Positions 16,343 to 24,443 of a DNA stretch of 32,000 bases are shown in pieces. Position 1 is the stretch's first letter, and each line of letters opens with the position of its first letter. This DNA comes from Cupriavidus necator (GTDB lineage: Bacteria > Pseudomonadota > Gammaproteobacteria > Burkholderiales > Burkholderiaceae). The DNA is taken from contig NZ_CP066019.1 of assembly GCF_016127575.1 (NCBI RefSeq), forward strand, positions 2,070,001 to 2,102,000, read 5' to 3'. The notes under the pieces are model-generated. The model ran no database searches. It worked only from the letters and a program-made list of their open reading frames with translations, and was not told the DNA's origin. A program made the position numbers and the translations under genes.

Positions 16343-17770
16343 TCAGTTGAACCGCACGTACTCGAAATCCACCGGCTGGCGGTTGATACCCATCACCGGC
16401 GGCGCAATCCAGTTGGCGAACTTGCCCGGCTCGACCACGCGGCCCATCAGGCTGGCGACAAAGGCGCGGTCGCCTTCACTGGGCAGCCACTGGTCGCGGA
16501 AGTCGCGCCATTCGGCGTCAGAGATCACGCGGCCGTCCGGCGATACCTTGACACCCGCCAGCGCGCCGATATTGCGGTGGAAGGCCTTGTGCGGCACCTT
16601 CAGGCGGAACGGGATGCCGGCCTTCTCGATGACCTTGTTCCAGCGCTCCACACCGCCCATGCTGTCCTTGATGTAGTCGTCGCGCAGCACTTCGTTGAGC
16701 GCGTTGAGCATCGGCACTTCCTTCTCGGTCAGCTGGCCGTTCTGCGCCTGCAGGATGCGGTAGGTCTGACCCTTGAGCACGTGGTCGTCCATGCGCTTGC
16801 CTTCTTCGTAGCGGCCCTTGAGGCCGGTGCTGTAGAAGGTGGCGGCGTTGCTCGACTCATCGGCGCCGAACAGGTCGATGGTGACGCTGTAGTGGAAGTT
16901 CAGGTAGCGCTGCAGCGTCGGCAGGTCGATCACGCCGGCCGCGCGCAGCTTGGCGGGATCGTCGGTCTTGAGTTCGTTCATCACCTGGCAGGTGCGCTGG
17001 ATCACGCGCGACACGCCGGACTCGCCCACGAACATGTGGTGCGCTTCTTCGGTCAGCATGAACCTGGTGGTGCGCGCCAGCGGATCGAAGGCGCTTTCCG
17101 CGAGCGCGCACAGCTGGAACTTGCCGTCGCGGTCGGTGAAGTAGGTGAACATGAAGAACGACAGCCAGTCCGGGGTCTGTTCGTTGAACGCCTGCAGGAT
17201 GCGGGGATTGTCCTGCTGGCCGCTGCGGCGCTCCAGCAGGGCCTCGCCCTCCTCGCGGCCGTCGCGGCCGAAGTACTTGTGCAGCAGGTAGACCATCGCC
17301 CACAGGTGGCGGCCCTCTTCCACGTTGACCTGGAACAGGTTGCGCAGGTCGTACATGCTGGGGGCGGTGAGGCCCAGGTGGCGCTGCTGCTCGACCGACG
17401 CCGGTTCGGTATCGCCCTGCGTCACGATGATGCGGCGCAGGTTGGCGCGGTATTCGCCGGGCACGTCCTGCCAGGCGTCTTCGCCCTTGTGGTCGCCGAA
17501 ATGGATCTTGCGGTTGGCCTCGGCCGGGTTCAGGAAGATGCCCCAGCGGTAGTCCGGCATCTTGACGTGGCCGAAGTGGGCCCAGCCCTGCGGATCGACG
17601 CTGATCGCGGTGCGCAGATAAATGTCATGGCTGTGCGAGCCTTCCGGCCCCATGTCGTTCCACCAGCTCAGGTAGTTGGGCTGCCATTGCTCGAGCGCAC
17701 GCTGCAGGGTGCGGTCTTCGCTCAGGTTGACGTTGTTGGGGATCTTGTCGCTGTAGTTGATGCCGGACAT
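16343..17770 (-). CDS. boxB: Benzoyl-CoA 2,3-epoxidase (oxygenase) diiron catalytic component BoxB
   Basis: 475 aa. The N-terminus MSGINYSDKIPNNVNLSEDRTLQRALEQWQPNYLSWWNDMGPEG matches what I recall of BoxB proteins. It is flanked by boxC and boxA. Confidence 0.95.
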   Translation of the reverse strand: MSGINYSDKIPNNVNLSEDRTLQRALEQWQPNYLSWWNDMGPEGSHSHDIYLRTAISVDPQGWAHFGHVKMPDYRWGIFLNPAEANRKIHFGDHKGEDAWQDVPGEYRANLRRIIVTQGDTEPASVEQQRHLGLTAPSMYDLRNLFQVNVEEGRHLWAMVYLLHKYFGRDGREEGEALLERRSGQQDNPRILQAFNEQTPDWLSFFMFTYFTDRDGKFQLCALAESAFDPLARTTRFMLTEEAHHMFVGESGVSRVIQRTCQVMNELKTDDPAKLRAAGVIDLPTLQRYLNFHYSVTIDLFGADESSNAATFYSTGLKGRYEEGKRMDDHVLKGQTYRILQAQNGQLTEKEVPMLNALNEVLRDDYIKDSMGGVERWNKVIEKAGIPFRLKVPHKAFHRNIGALAGVKVSPDGRVISDAEWRDFRDQWLPSEGDRAFVASLMGRVVEPGKFANWIAPPVMGINRQPVDFEYVRFN

Positions 17771-17815
17771 TGTGGTCTCCTTCAGGGGACGATTCGGTTG
17801 TCGTGTAAGGCTGGA

Positions 17816-19474
17816 TCAGACGCGGTTCCAGTCGAAGGCGGCTTTGTCGCCCTTGCCGTAGACCTTGAGCGCACCCTTGTCGCCCACCGCGTTGGGGCGC
17901 TGGAAGATCCAGTTCTGCCATGCGGTCAGGCGGCCAAAGATGCGGGTGAACATGTTTTCCTGGCCGTTGAAGCGCAGGTTGGCTTCCATACCGGTGAGCG
18001 CATCGGGCGACATCGCCACGCGCTCTTCCAGCGCGATGCGCACTTCGTCGGTCCAGTCGATGTCGTCGGGGTTGGCGGTGACCAGGCCCAGCGCATACGC
18101 GGCATCGGCATCCAGCGGCTGGCCGGCCTTGGCGCGCACCGCGTCCAGCGCGGGCTGCTCGTCGTAGAAGCGGCGGCCCAGCCGGCTCTGGCCGGTGGCC
18201 ATCGGGTACAGGCCGAAATTGACTTCCGCCACGGTGATCTTCGGCGCGCGCTCCTCGTCGTCCGGCAGCGCCAGGTGGTAGCTGCGGTCGCAGGCCAGCG
18301 CCAGTTCCAGGAAGGTGCCGGCAAAGCACGATTGCGGCTCGATCAGCGCGAACAGGCTGCGCGACGACACATCCAGGCGGCTCAGCGTGCGGCGCAGCAG
18401 GCCGATGGTCTCGCGCACCAGCCAGTGGTCCTTGTGCGCCAGCAGCGCGGCGTCGGTGGCCAGCACCGCGGCGGCGTCGCCGCTGGTCTTGATCAGCCAG
18501 GTGCCGATGTCCAGTTCATTGGTGCGCATCGACAGGATCGCGTCTTCCAGTTCGCGTGCCAGTTGCAGCGGGTACCAGGCGGCGCCGGCGGCGACGATCT
18601 CCTCGATGCTTTGCGGTTGCGCACCGACGGGTGCCTTCACGGTAAAGGTCGCGGTACGGCCGGCGCGATCGATCTCGACCGTCACATGCATATAGCGCAG
18701 CGCATCCGCTTCGATCGTCCGCTCGATCGGCTCGAGCGCCACGCCCTGCGCATCGGCCGGACGATCGCTCTGCGCGGCCAGCGCCAGCGCGCGCTCCTGC
18801 ACCTTCTGCGCGAACACGGCGGGCTTGGCGATATCGTCGACCAGGCGCCAGTCCTTGGCACGCTGGCCGCGCACCCCTTCGGTGGTGGTGCAGAAGATAT
18901 CGGCGAGGTCATGGCGCACATGGCGCTTGTCGGTCACGCGGGTCAGGCCGCCGGTGCCCGGCAGCACGCCCAGCAGCGGCACTTCCGGCAGGCTCACGGC
19001 CGACGAGCGGTCGTCCACCAGCAGGATCTCGTCGCAGGCCAGCGCCAGTTCATAGCCGCCGCCGGCGCACGCGCCGTTGACCGCGGCCAGGAACTTCAGG
19101 CCGCTGTGCTGCGACGAGTCCTCGATGCCGTTGCGGGTCTCGTTGGTGAACTTGCAGAAGTTGACCTTCCACGCATGGCTGCTGACGCCCAGCATGAAGA
19201 TATTGGCGCCGGAGCAGAACACCTTGTCCTTGCCGCTGGTGACGACCACGGTGCGCACTTCCGGGTGCTCGAAGCGGACGCGGTTGAGCGCGTCGTTCAG
19301 TTCGATGTCGACGCCGAGGTCATAGCTGTTGAGCTTGAGCTTGTAGCCGGGGCGCAGGCCGGCGTTCTCGTCGATGTCCACCGCCAGCGTGGCGACGGGG
19401 CCGTCGAACGTCAGCTTCAGGTGTTTGTATTGGGCGGGGGCGGTCTGGTAATCGACGCGGGGGGCGGTGGTCAC
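17816..19474 (-). CDS. boxC: 2,3-epoxybenzoyl-CoA dihydrolase (benzoyl-CoA-dihydrodiol lyase) BoxC
   Basis: Large two-domain crotonase-family protein in the boxCBA arrangement. Start assigned to the GTG at 19474-19472, 7 nt after GAGGAG (VTTAPRVDYQTAPAQYKHLKLTF...), giving 552 aa. The ORF-track ATG at 19531 has no RBS and would lie in the AT-rich promoter region. Confidence 0.9.
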   Translation of the reverse strand: MTTAPRVDYQTAPAQYKHLKLTFDGPVATLAVDIDENAGLRPGYKLKLNSYDLGVDIELNDALNRVRFEHPEVRTVVVTSGKDKVFCSGANIFMLGVSSHAWKVNFCKFTNETRNGIEDSSQHSGLKFLAAVNGACAGGGYELALACDEILLVDDRSSAVSLPEVPLLGVLPGTGGLTRVTDKRHVRHDLADIFCTTTEGVRGQRAKDWRLVDDIAKPAVFAQKVQERALALAAQSDRPADAQGVALEPIERTIEADALRYMHVTVEIDRAGRTATFTVKAPVGAQPQSIEEIVAAGAAWYPLQLARELEDAILSMRTNELDIGTWLIKTSGDAAAVLATDAALLAHKDHWLVRETIGLLRRTLSRLDVSSRSLFALIEPQSCFAGTFLELALACDRSYHLALPDDEERAPKITVAEVNFGLYPMATGQSRLGRRFYDEQPALDAVRAKAGQPLDADAAYALGLVTANPDDIDWTDEVRIALEERVAMSPDALTGMEANLRFNGQENMFTRIFGRLTAWQNWIFQRPNAVGDKGALKVYGKGDKAAFDWNRV

Positions 19475-19496
19475 GGCGGTGTCTCCTCTGCGAAAC

Positions 19497-19576
19497 TGCA
19501 CTATCGTGCATGAACAGGAATCTGGTAACACGAACTATAGTTCATCAATCAGATTTCATGCAAGCACTATTGTGCA
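19497..19576. promoter_or_regulatory. Operator-like TGCA boxes upstream of boxC (putative BoxR binding sites)
   Basis: TGCACTATCGTGCATGAA lies at 19497-19514 and AGCACTATTGTGCA at 19563-19576. TGCATGAA (19507-19514) and TTCATGCA (19555-19562) form an 8-bp inverted pair. The patch is AT-rich in a GC-rich genome. Confidence 0.55.
19534..19563 (-). promoter_or_regulatory. Candidate sigma70-type promoter for boxCBA
   Basis: On the minus strand: TTGCAT (plus 19558-19563), an 18-nt spacer, then TATAGT (plus 19534-19539). Visual match only. Confidence 0.35.
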
Positions 19577-19633
19577 GATCCTTCAAGAGGTGCGGGTCAC
19601 CGCTCCGGATGCCGGGTTATTGCGCCCCTGCCG

Positions 19634-20596
19634 TCACAACGGCATGCGCAAGGCCTGGCGTACCAGCTCGCGCAGCGCGGCAAATGTGGGTTCCAGCGGC
19701 TGAGCGCTGGTGTCCAGCGAGAACTCCGCCTTGGAATAGAAGGCCGCGCGCCCGGCCAGGATATGGCGCAGGTCCTCCATCGCCTCCTTGCTGGCCGCCA
19801 TCGGGCGGAAGTCGCCCTGCTCGCGCACCCGCTCCATATGGTCTTCCGGCTCCGCCTGCAGCCAGACTGTGGTGCAGTGGGCCAGCAACAGGTTGAAGGT
19901 GGCCGGATCAGAGACCAGGCCGCCGGGCGTGGCGATCACGGCCTCGGGATAGATCTGGATGGCTTCTTCCAGCGCGCGCCGCTCGTAGCGGCGATAGGCG
20001 TTCATGCCATACAGGCCCTGGATCTCCGAGATGCTGCAGCCGGCAAACTTCTCGATCTCGCGGCTCAGCTCAATAAAGGGGAAGTCGAGGTCTTCGGCCA
20101 GCATCCCGCCCAGCGTGCTCTTGCCGGCGCCGCGCAGCCCGATCAGCGCCACACGCGGGCTGCGCGCAGCCTGGCCGGCATTCTCGCCACCCGTGCCGAG
20201 CATCTCGCCCACGGCAATGCGCACGCGCCGCAGCGTGGCTTCGTCGCGGTGCTCCAGCAGTTCGCGCAACAGGATCCATTCAGGCGACGACGTGGTGATG
20301 TCGCCCAGCAGCCCGGCCAGCGAGCACTGCAGCGCATCGGCAATGTGCTGCAGCACCAGGATGGAAGCGTTGCCGCTGCCGTATTCCAGGTTGGCCAGGT
20401 GCCGCTCCGACACGCCGGCGGCCTGCGCGGCGGCCTTTCGGGTCAGGCCGCGGCAGGCGCGCAACTCGCGCACACGCTCGCCCAGCGCGACCAGAAACGG
20501 GTTCTTGTCAGTGCCGTTGGCAGCACGTGCATCTGAATCATGATGCAGGTCGACTTCCGGGGTTAACCCAGATTCATGCAATATAGTGCTTGACAT
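19634..20596 (-). CDS. boxR: BoxR/BzdR-type transcriptional regulator (XRE-family HTH fused to a shikimate-kinase-like domain)
   Basis: The N-terminal HTH (LTRKAAAQAAGVSERHLANLEYGSGNASILVLQHIADAL) is followed by a P-loop kinase-like domain (VALIGLRGAGKSTLGGMLAEDLDFPFIELSREIE). It sits directly upstream of boxC. Confidence 0.9.
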   Translation of the reverse strand: MSSTILHESGLTPEVDLHHDSDARAANGTDKNPFLVALGERVRELRACRGLTRKAAAQAAGVSERHLANLEYGSGNASILVLQHIADALQCSLAGLLGDITTSSPEWILLRELLEHRDEATLRRVRIAVGEMLGTGGENAGQAARSPRVALIGLRGAGKSTLGGMLAEDLDFPFIELSREIEKFAGCSISEIQGLYGMNAYRRYERRALEEAIQIYPEAVIATPGGLVSDPATFNLLLAHCTTVWLQAEPEDHMERVREQGDFRPMAASKEAMEDLRHILAGRAAFYSKAEFSLDTSAQPLEPTFAALRELVRQALRMPL

Positions 20597-20643
20597 GATT
20601 TCGGCGCGGCTCTATTTTTCATACATGCACAATAATGCATGAA
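20573..20643. promoter_or_regulatory. Operator-like boxes in the boxR / boxD-operon divergent control region
   Basis: TGCACAATAATGCATGAA lies at 20626-20643 on the plus strand. AGCACTATATTGCATGAA lies on the minus strand of 20573-20590 and overlaps the first boxR codons. Both match the 18-mer upstream of boxC. Confidence 0.55.
20590..20618 (+). promoter_or_regulatory. Candidate sigma70-type promoter for the DUF4863-like/boxD/bclA/MFS operon
   Basis: TTGACA (20590-20595), a 17-nt spacer, then TATTTT (20613-20618). The predicted start site, near 20625, falls on the 20626-20643 box. Confidence 0.45.
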
Positions 20644-20657
20644 GCCAGTGATGGCAA
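20629..20657 (-). promoter_or_regulatory. Candidate sigma70-type promoter for boxR
   Basis: On the minus strand: TTGCCA (plus 20652-20657), a 17-nt spacer, then TATTGT (plus 20629-20634). The -10 lies inside the 20626-20643 box. Visual match only. Confidence 0.35.
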
Positions 20658-20685
20658 CTGGCGAACCAGACGGAGCCCCCCCACT

Positions 20686-21150
20686 ATGTCCCCCACAGAA
20701 TTCCGCAGCCAGATCGCGCAGTTCACCGCGCAACTGGCAGGCCGTCCGCTGGATGCCGCACTCGATGCCTGGCTCAATGCCGAGCACGGCGCCGGCAGCC
20801 CCACCTACCAGCAACTTAAGGACGCCTGCCAGGCCGGCGTGGCCGAAGGCTGGCTGTGCGACCGCGAAGGCGGCGGCATCCGCTACGGCCGCATCTTCAA
20901 GCCGGCCGACGACCTGCACGGCTTTTCCGTCGACGTGGTCGAGATGCAGGACATTGCCGGCCCGCATCACACCCATCCCAACGGCGAGATCGACCTGATC
21001 ATGCCGCTCGAGGGCGACGCGCAGTTCGACGGCCGCCCCGCCGGCTGGCTGGTATGCCCGCCGGGCAGCGCCCACCGCCCCACCGTCAGCAACGGCCGCG
21101 CGCTGGTGCTCTACCTGCTGCCGGAAGGCCGCATCGACTTCACGCGCTGA
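20686..21150 (+). CDS. Conserved hypothetical protein, DUF4863-like (family that I recall includes 4-hydroxylaminobenzoate lyase-type proteins); His-rich metal-site-like motif
   Basis: Start at MSPTEFRSQIAQFTAQL, with acggag about 10 nt upstream. It contains GPHHTHPNGEIDLIMP. It is the first gene of the operon that continues with boxD 8 nt downstream. Confidence 0.65.
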   Translation: MSPTEFRSQIAQFTAQLAGRPLDAALDAWLNAEHGAGSPTYQQLKDACQAGVAEGWLCDREGGGIRYGRIFKPADDLHGFSVDVVEMQDIAGPHHTHPNGEIDLIMPLEGDAQFDGRPAGWLVCPPGSAHRPTVSNGRALVLYLLPEGRIDFTR

Positions 21151-21158
21151 GATTCCCG

Positions 21159-22706
21159 ATGACTGAATTGCTATCCAACTATCTCGGCGGCAAGTGGCAG
21201 GCCGGCAGCGGTGCCGGCACGCCCTTGTTCGATCCGGTGCTGGGCGACGAACTGGTGCGCGTTGACGCCACCGGGCTGGACCTCGCTGCCGGCTTCGCCT
21301 TTGCCCGCGAACAGGGCGGCGCGGCCCTGCGCGCGCTGACCTATCGCCAGCGTGCCGCGTTGCTGGCTGACATCGTCAAGGTGCTGCAGGCCAATCGCGA
21401 TGCCTATTACGACATCGCCACGGCCAACAGCGGCACCGTCAGGAACGACTCCGCGGTCGACATCGACGGCGGCATCTTCACGCTGGGCACCTACGCCAGG
21501 CTGGGCGATACGCTCGGCGACCGGCACTACCTGCCGGATGGCGAGGCCGTGCGGCTGGGCAAGGACCCGTTGTTCCAGTCGCAGCACGTGCTGGTACCGA
21601 CGCGCGGCGTGGCGCTGTTTATCAATGCCTTCAACTTCCCGAGCTGGGGATTGTGGGAGAAGGCGGCGCCGGCATTGCTGGCCGGCGTGCCGGTGATCGT
21701 CAAACCCGCTACCGCCACCGCCTGGCTGACCCAGCGCATGGTGCGCGACGTGGTCGAGGCCGGGGCGCTGCCGGCCGGCGCGTTGTCGGTGGTGTGCGGC
21801 AGCTCGGCCGGCCTGCTGGACCAGTTGCAGCCCTTTGACGTGGTGTCGTTCACCGGTTCGGCCGATACGGCCGCGGTGATCCGCTCGCATCCCGCCATCG
21901 CGCAACGCTCTGTTCGCGTGAATATCGAAGCGGACAGCATCAATTCCGCCGTGCTGCTGCCGCAGGACGGCCCCGATACCGCCGCCTTCGACCTGCTGGC
22001 GAAGGAAGTCGTGCGCGAGATGACGGTCAAGTCCGGCCAGAAATGCACCGCGATCCGGCGCGTGTTCGTGCCTGAAGCGCTGTATGGCCTGGCCGCCGAG
22101 GCGATCGGCGCACGGCTGTCGAAAGTGACCGTGGGCAACCCGCGCAACGATACGGTGCGCATGGGTGCGCTGGTCAGCCGTGCGCAGTTCAACGCCGTGC
22201 AAGACGGGCTGGCAACCCTGCGCAAGCACGCACAGGTGCTGCATGACGGCACGCAGCAGGCGCTGGTCGATGCCGATCCGGCCGTGGCCTGCTGCATCGG
22301 CCCGACGCTGCTGGGCGTGGCCGATGCGGACGCCGCCGCCGCGGTGCACGACACCGAAGTGTTCGGCCCGGTGGCCACGCTGCTGCCCTATCGGGATACC
22401 GCCCACGCACTGGCACTCGTGCGCCGTGGACAGGGCTCGCTGGTGGCATCGCTCTATGGCAGCGACGCGGCCGCGCTCGGTGCGGCCGCCGTCGAGCTGG
22501 CCGACAGCCATGGCCGCGTGCATGTGATCTCGCCCGACGTGGCGCAGCTGCACACCGGCCACGGCAACGTCATGCCGCAATCGCTGCATGGCGGCCCCGG
22601 CCGCGCCGGCGGCGGCGAGGAACTGGGCGGACTGCGCGCCCTGCACTTCTATCACCGGCGCAGCGCCATTCAGGCCAGTACCGCGGTGCTCGACGAACTC
22701 GCCTGA
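21159..22706 (+). CDS. boxD: 3,4-dehydroadipyl-CoA semialdehyde dehydrogenase BoxD (NADP-dependent aldehyde dehydrogenase, PaaZ-ALDH-like)
   Basis: 515 aa from MTELLSNYLGGKWQAGSGAGTPLFDPVLGDELVRV. It has ALDH family architecture (FTGSADTA, catalytic Cys context GQKCTAIRR) and sits in the box gene context. Confidence 0.9.
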   Translation: MTELLSNYLGGKWQAGSGAGTPLFDPVLGDELVRVDATGLDLAAGFAFAREQGGAALRALTYRQRAALLADIVKVLQANRDAYYDIATANSGTVRNDSAVDIDGGIFTLGTYARLGDTLGDRHYLPDGEAVRLGKDPLFQSQHVLVPTRGVALFINAFNFPSWGLWEKAAPALLAGVPVIVKPATATAWLTQRMVRDVVEAGALPAGALSVVCGSSAGLLDQLQPFDVVSFTGSADTAAVIRSHPAIAQRSVRVNIEADSINSAVLLPQDGPDTAAFDLLAKEVVREMTVKSGQKCTAIRRVFVPEALYGLAAEAIGARLSKVTVGNPRNDTVRMGALVSRAQFNAVQDGLATLRKHAQVLHDGTQQALVDADPAVACCIGPTLLGVADADAAAAVHDTEVFGPVATLLPYRDTAHALALVRRGQGSLVASLYGSDAAALGAAAVELADSHGRVHVISPDVAQLHTGHGNVMPQSLHGGPGRAGGGEELGGLRALHFYHRRSAIQASTAVLDELA

Positions 22707-22791
22707 CCGTTCAAGCCAACCCGCTTCACCGCGCCGCCACGTCCGCATGGCGGCGCGCGGCACACCGTACACCAGCAACGGGGAGACACCC

Positions 22792-24396
22792 ATGACCGCC
22801 ACACCCGCAGAACCACCCGTCCGGCCACCCGGCACGTCCTTCAACTTTGCCGGGCACCTGCTCGGCTGCAATGCCGGACGCGCCGGCAAGGTCGCCTATA
22901 TCGATGACGACGGCCAGCTCACCTACGGCGAACTGGCGCAGCAGGTGCGGCGCCTGGCCGCGGCGCTGCTCGGCGCCGGCATCCGCCGCGAGGAACGCGT
23001 GCTGCTGCTGATGCACGACTGCAGCGACTGGCCGGTCTGCTTCCTGGGCGCGATGTACGCCGGCATCGTCCCGGTGGCCGTCAACACGCTGCTGACCGCC
23101 GACGACTACAGCTATATGCTGCAGCACAGCCGCGCGCAGGCTGTGCTGGTGTCGGCCGCGCTGCTGCCCGTGCTGCAGGAGGCGCTGGCCCGTCCGGGGC
23201 ATGAAGTCGGGCAAGTGTTCGTGTCCCGTGCGCATGAGCCTCTGCCCGATGGCATGACGGCGCTGGATGCGCTGCTTGCCGCGCAAACGCCGTTGCAGGC
23301 GCCTGCCGCCACCAGTTGCGACGATCCCGGCTTCTGGCTCTACTCGTCCGGCTCGACCGGCCAGCCCAAGGGCGTGGTGCACAGCCACGGCAACCCGTAC
23401 TGGACCGCGGCGCTCTATGCAGGCCCGGTGCTCGGCTTGCAGGAGCAGGACGTCTGCTTCTCTGCGGCCAAGCTGTATTTCGCCTACGGGCTGGGCAACG
23501 GCCTCAGCTTCCCGCTCAGCGTGGGCGCCACCGTGGTGCTGATGGCCGAGCGGCCCACACCCGAGGCCACCTTCCGCCGCTGGCTGCAACACCGGCCAAC
23601 GGTGTTCTTCGGTGCGCCGACAGGATACGCCGGCATGCTCGCCTCGCCGGCGCTGCCGCAGCGCGCCGAGGTCGCGCTGCGGCTGTGCTCGTCCGCCGGC
23701 GAGGCCCTGCCCGCCGATATCGGCCAGCGCTTCACCGCGCATTTCGGCTGCGAGATCATCGACGGCATCGGCTCCACCGAGATGCTGCATATCTTCCTGT
23801 CCAACCGCCCCGGCCAGGTGCGCTACGGCACCACCGGCTGGCCGGTGCCGGGCTACGCCATCGAGCTGCGCGACGAAGAAGGACGCCCGGTGCCCGACGG
23901 CGAGATCGGCGACCTCTATATCCAGGGCCCCAGCGCCGCGCTGATGTACTGGGCCAACCGCGAGAAGTCGCGCGAGACCTTCCGCGGCGGCTGGACCAAG
24001 AGCGGCGACAAATACGTGCACAACCCGGATGGCACCTACAGCTACGCCGGGCGCAGCGACGACATGCTCAAGGTCAGCGGCATCTACGTTTCGCCGTTCG
24101 AGGTCGAGGCCACGCTGGTGCAGCACCCGGCAGTGCTGGAGGCCGCGGTGATCGGCGTACCCGACCATGAAGGACTGGTCAAGACCAAGGCCTTCGTGGT
24201 GCTGAAGGCGGGCGCGCAGCTTGGCGACGGCGAACTGAAGGCCTTCGTCAAGGAGCGGCTGGCGGCATACAAGTACCCGCGCGCGATCGAGTTCGTCGAT
24301 ACGCTGCCCAAGACCGCCACCGGCAAGATCCAGCGCTTCATGCTGCGCGAACGCGAACTGAAGGCCGCCGCAGAGCGCGCCGTCGCGGCGGCGTGA
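22792..24396 (+). CDS. bclA: Benzoate-CoA ligase (AMP-forming)
   Basis: RBS ggggag is upstream. The product MTATPAEPPVRPPGTSFNFAGHLL... has the AMP-binding motif YSSGSTGQPKGVVHSH and the C-terminal PKTATGKIQRF. It lies between boxD and an aromatic-acid transporter gene. Confidence 0.9.
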   Translation: MTATPAEPPVRPPGTSFNFAGHLLGCNAGRAGKVAYIDDDGQLTYGELAQQVRRLAAALLGAGIRREERVLLLMHDCSDWPVCFLGAMYAGIVPVAVNTLLTADDYSYMLQHSRAQAVLVSAALLPVLQEALARPGHEVGQVFVSRAHEPLPDGMTALDALLAAQTPLQAPAATSCDDPGFWLYSSGSTGQPKGVVHSHGNPYWTAALYAGPVLGLQEQDVCFSAAKLYFAYGLGNGLSFPLSVGATVVLMAERPTPEATFRRWLQHRPTVFFGAPTGYAGMLASPALPQRAEVALRLCSSAGEALPADIGQRFTAHFGCEIIDGIGSTEMLHIFLSNRPGQVRYGTTGWPVPGYAIELRDEEGRPVPDGEIGDLYIQGPSAALMYWANREKSRETFRGGWTKSGDKYVHNPDGTYSYAGRSDDMLKVSGIYVSPFEVEATLVQHPAVLEAAVIGVPDHEGLVKTKAFVVLKAGAQLGDGELKAFVKERLAAYKYPRAIEFVDTLPKTATGKIQRFMLRERELKAAAERAVAAA

Positions 24397-24443
24397 GCGG
24401 CAACGCCGCCCGCCCCGTCATACCACCATACCGGAGACAAACC

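Noticed and set aside
16577-19513. 978-aa ORF on the plus strand, the longest in the window, spanning boxB and boxC in antisense
   Set aside because: It is a shadow ORF typical of high-GC genomes. Its translation is monotonous Ala/Gly/Arg/Val/His-rich sequence with no recognisable domain. The opposite strand encodes BoxB and BoxC with clear family signatures and RBSs.
20856-21158. N-terminal extensions suggested by the ORF track for boxD (20856). The same applies to bclA (22588), the Bug protein (7569), the thiolase (5101), the GNAT (2290), the two LysR genes (3143, 11630), the MFS transporter (24393) and boxC (19531).
   Set aside because: The extensions overlap upstream genes or promoter regions, are Arg/Pro-rich and lack RBSs. 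Internal starts with Shine-Dalgarno sequences reproduce the conserved family N-termini.
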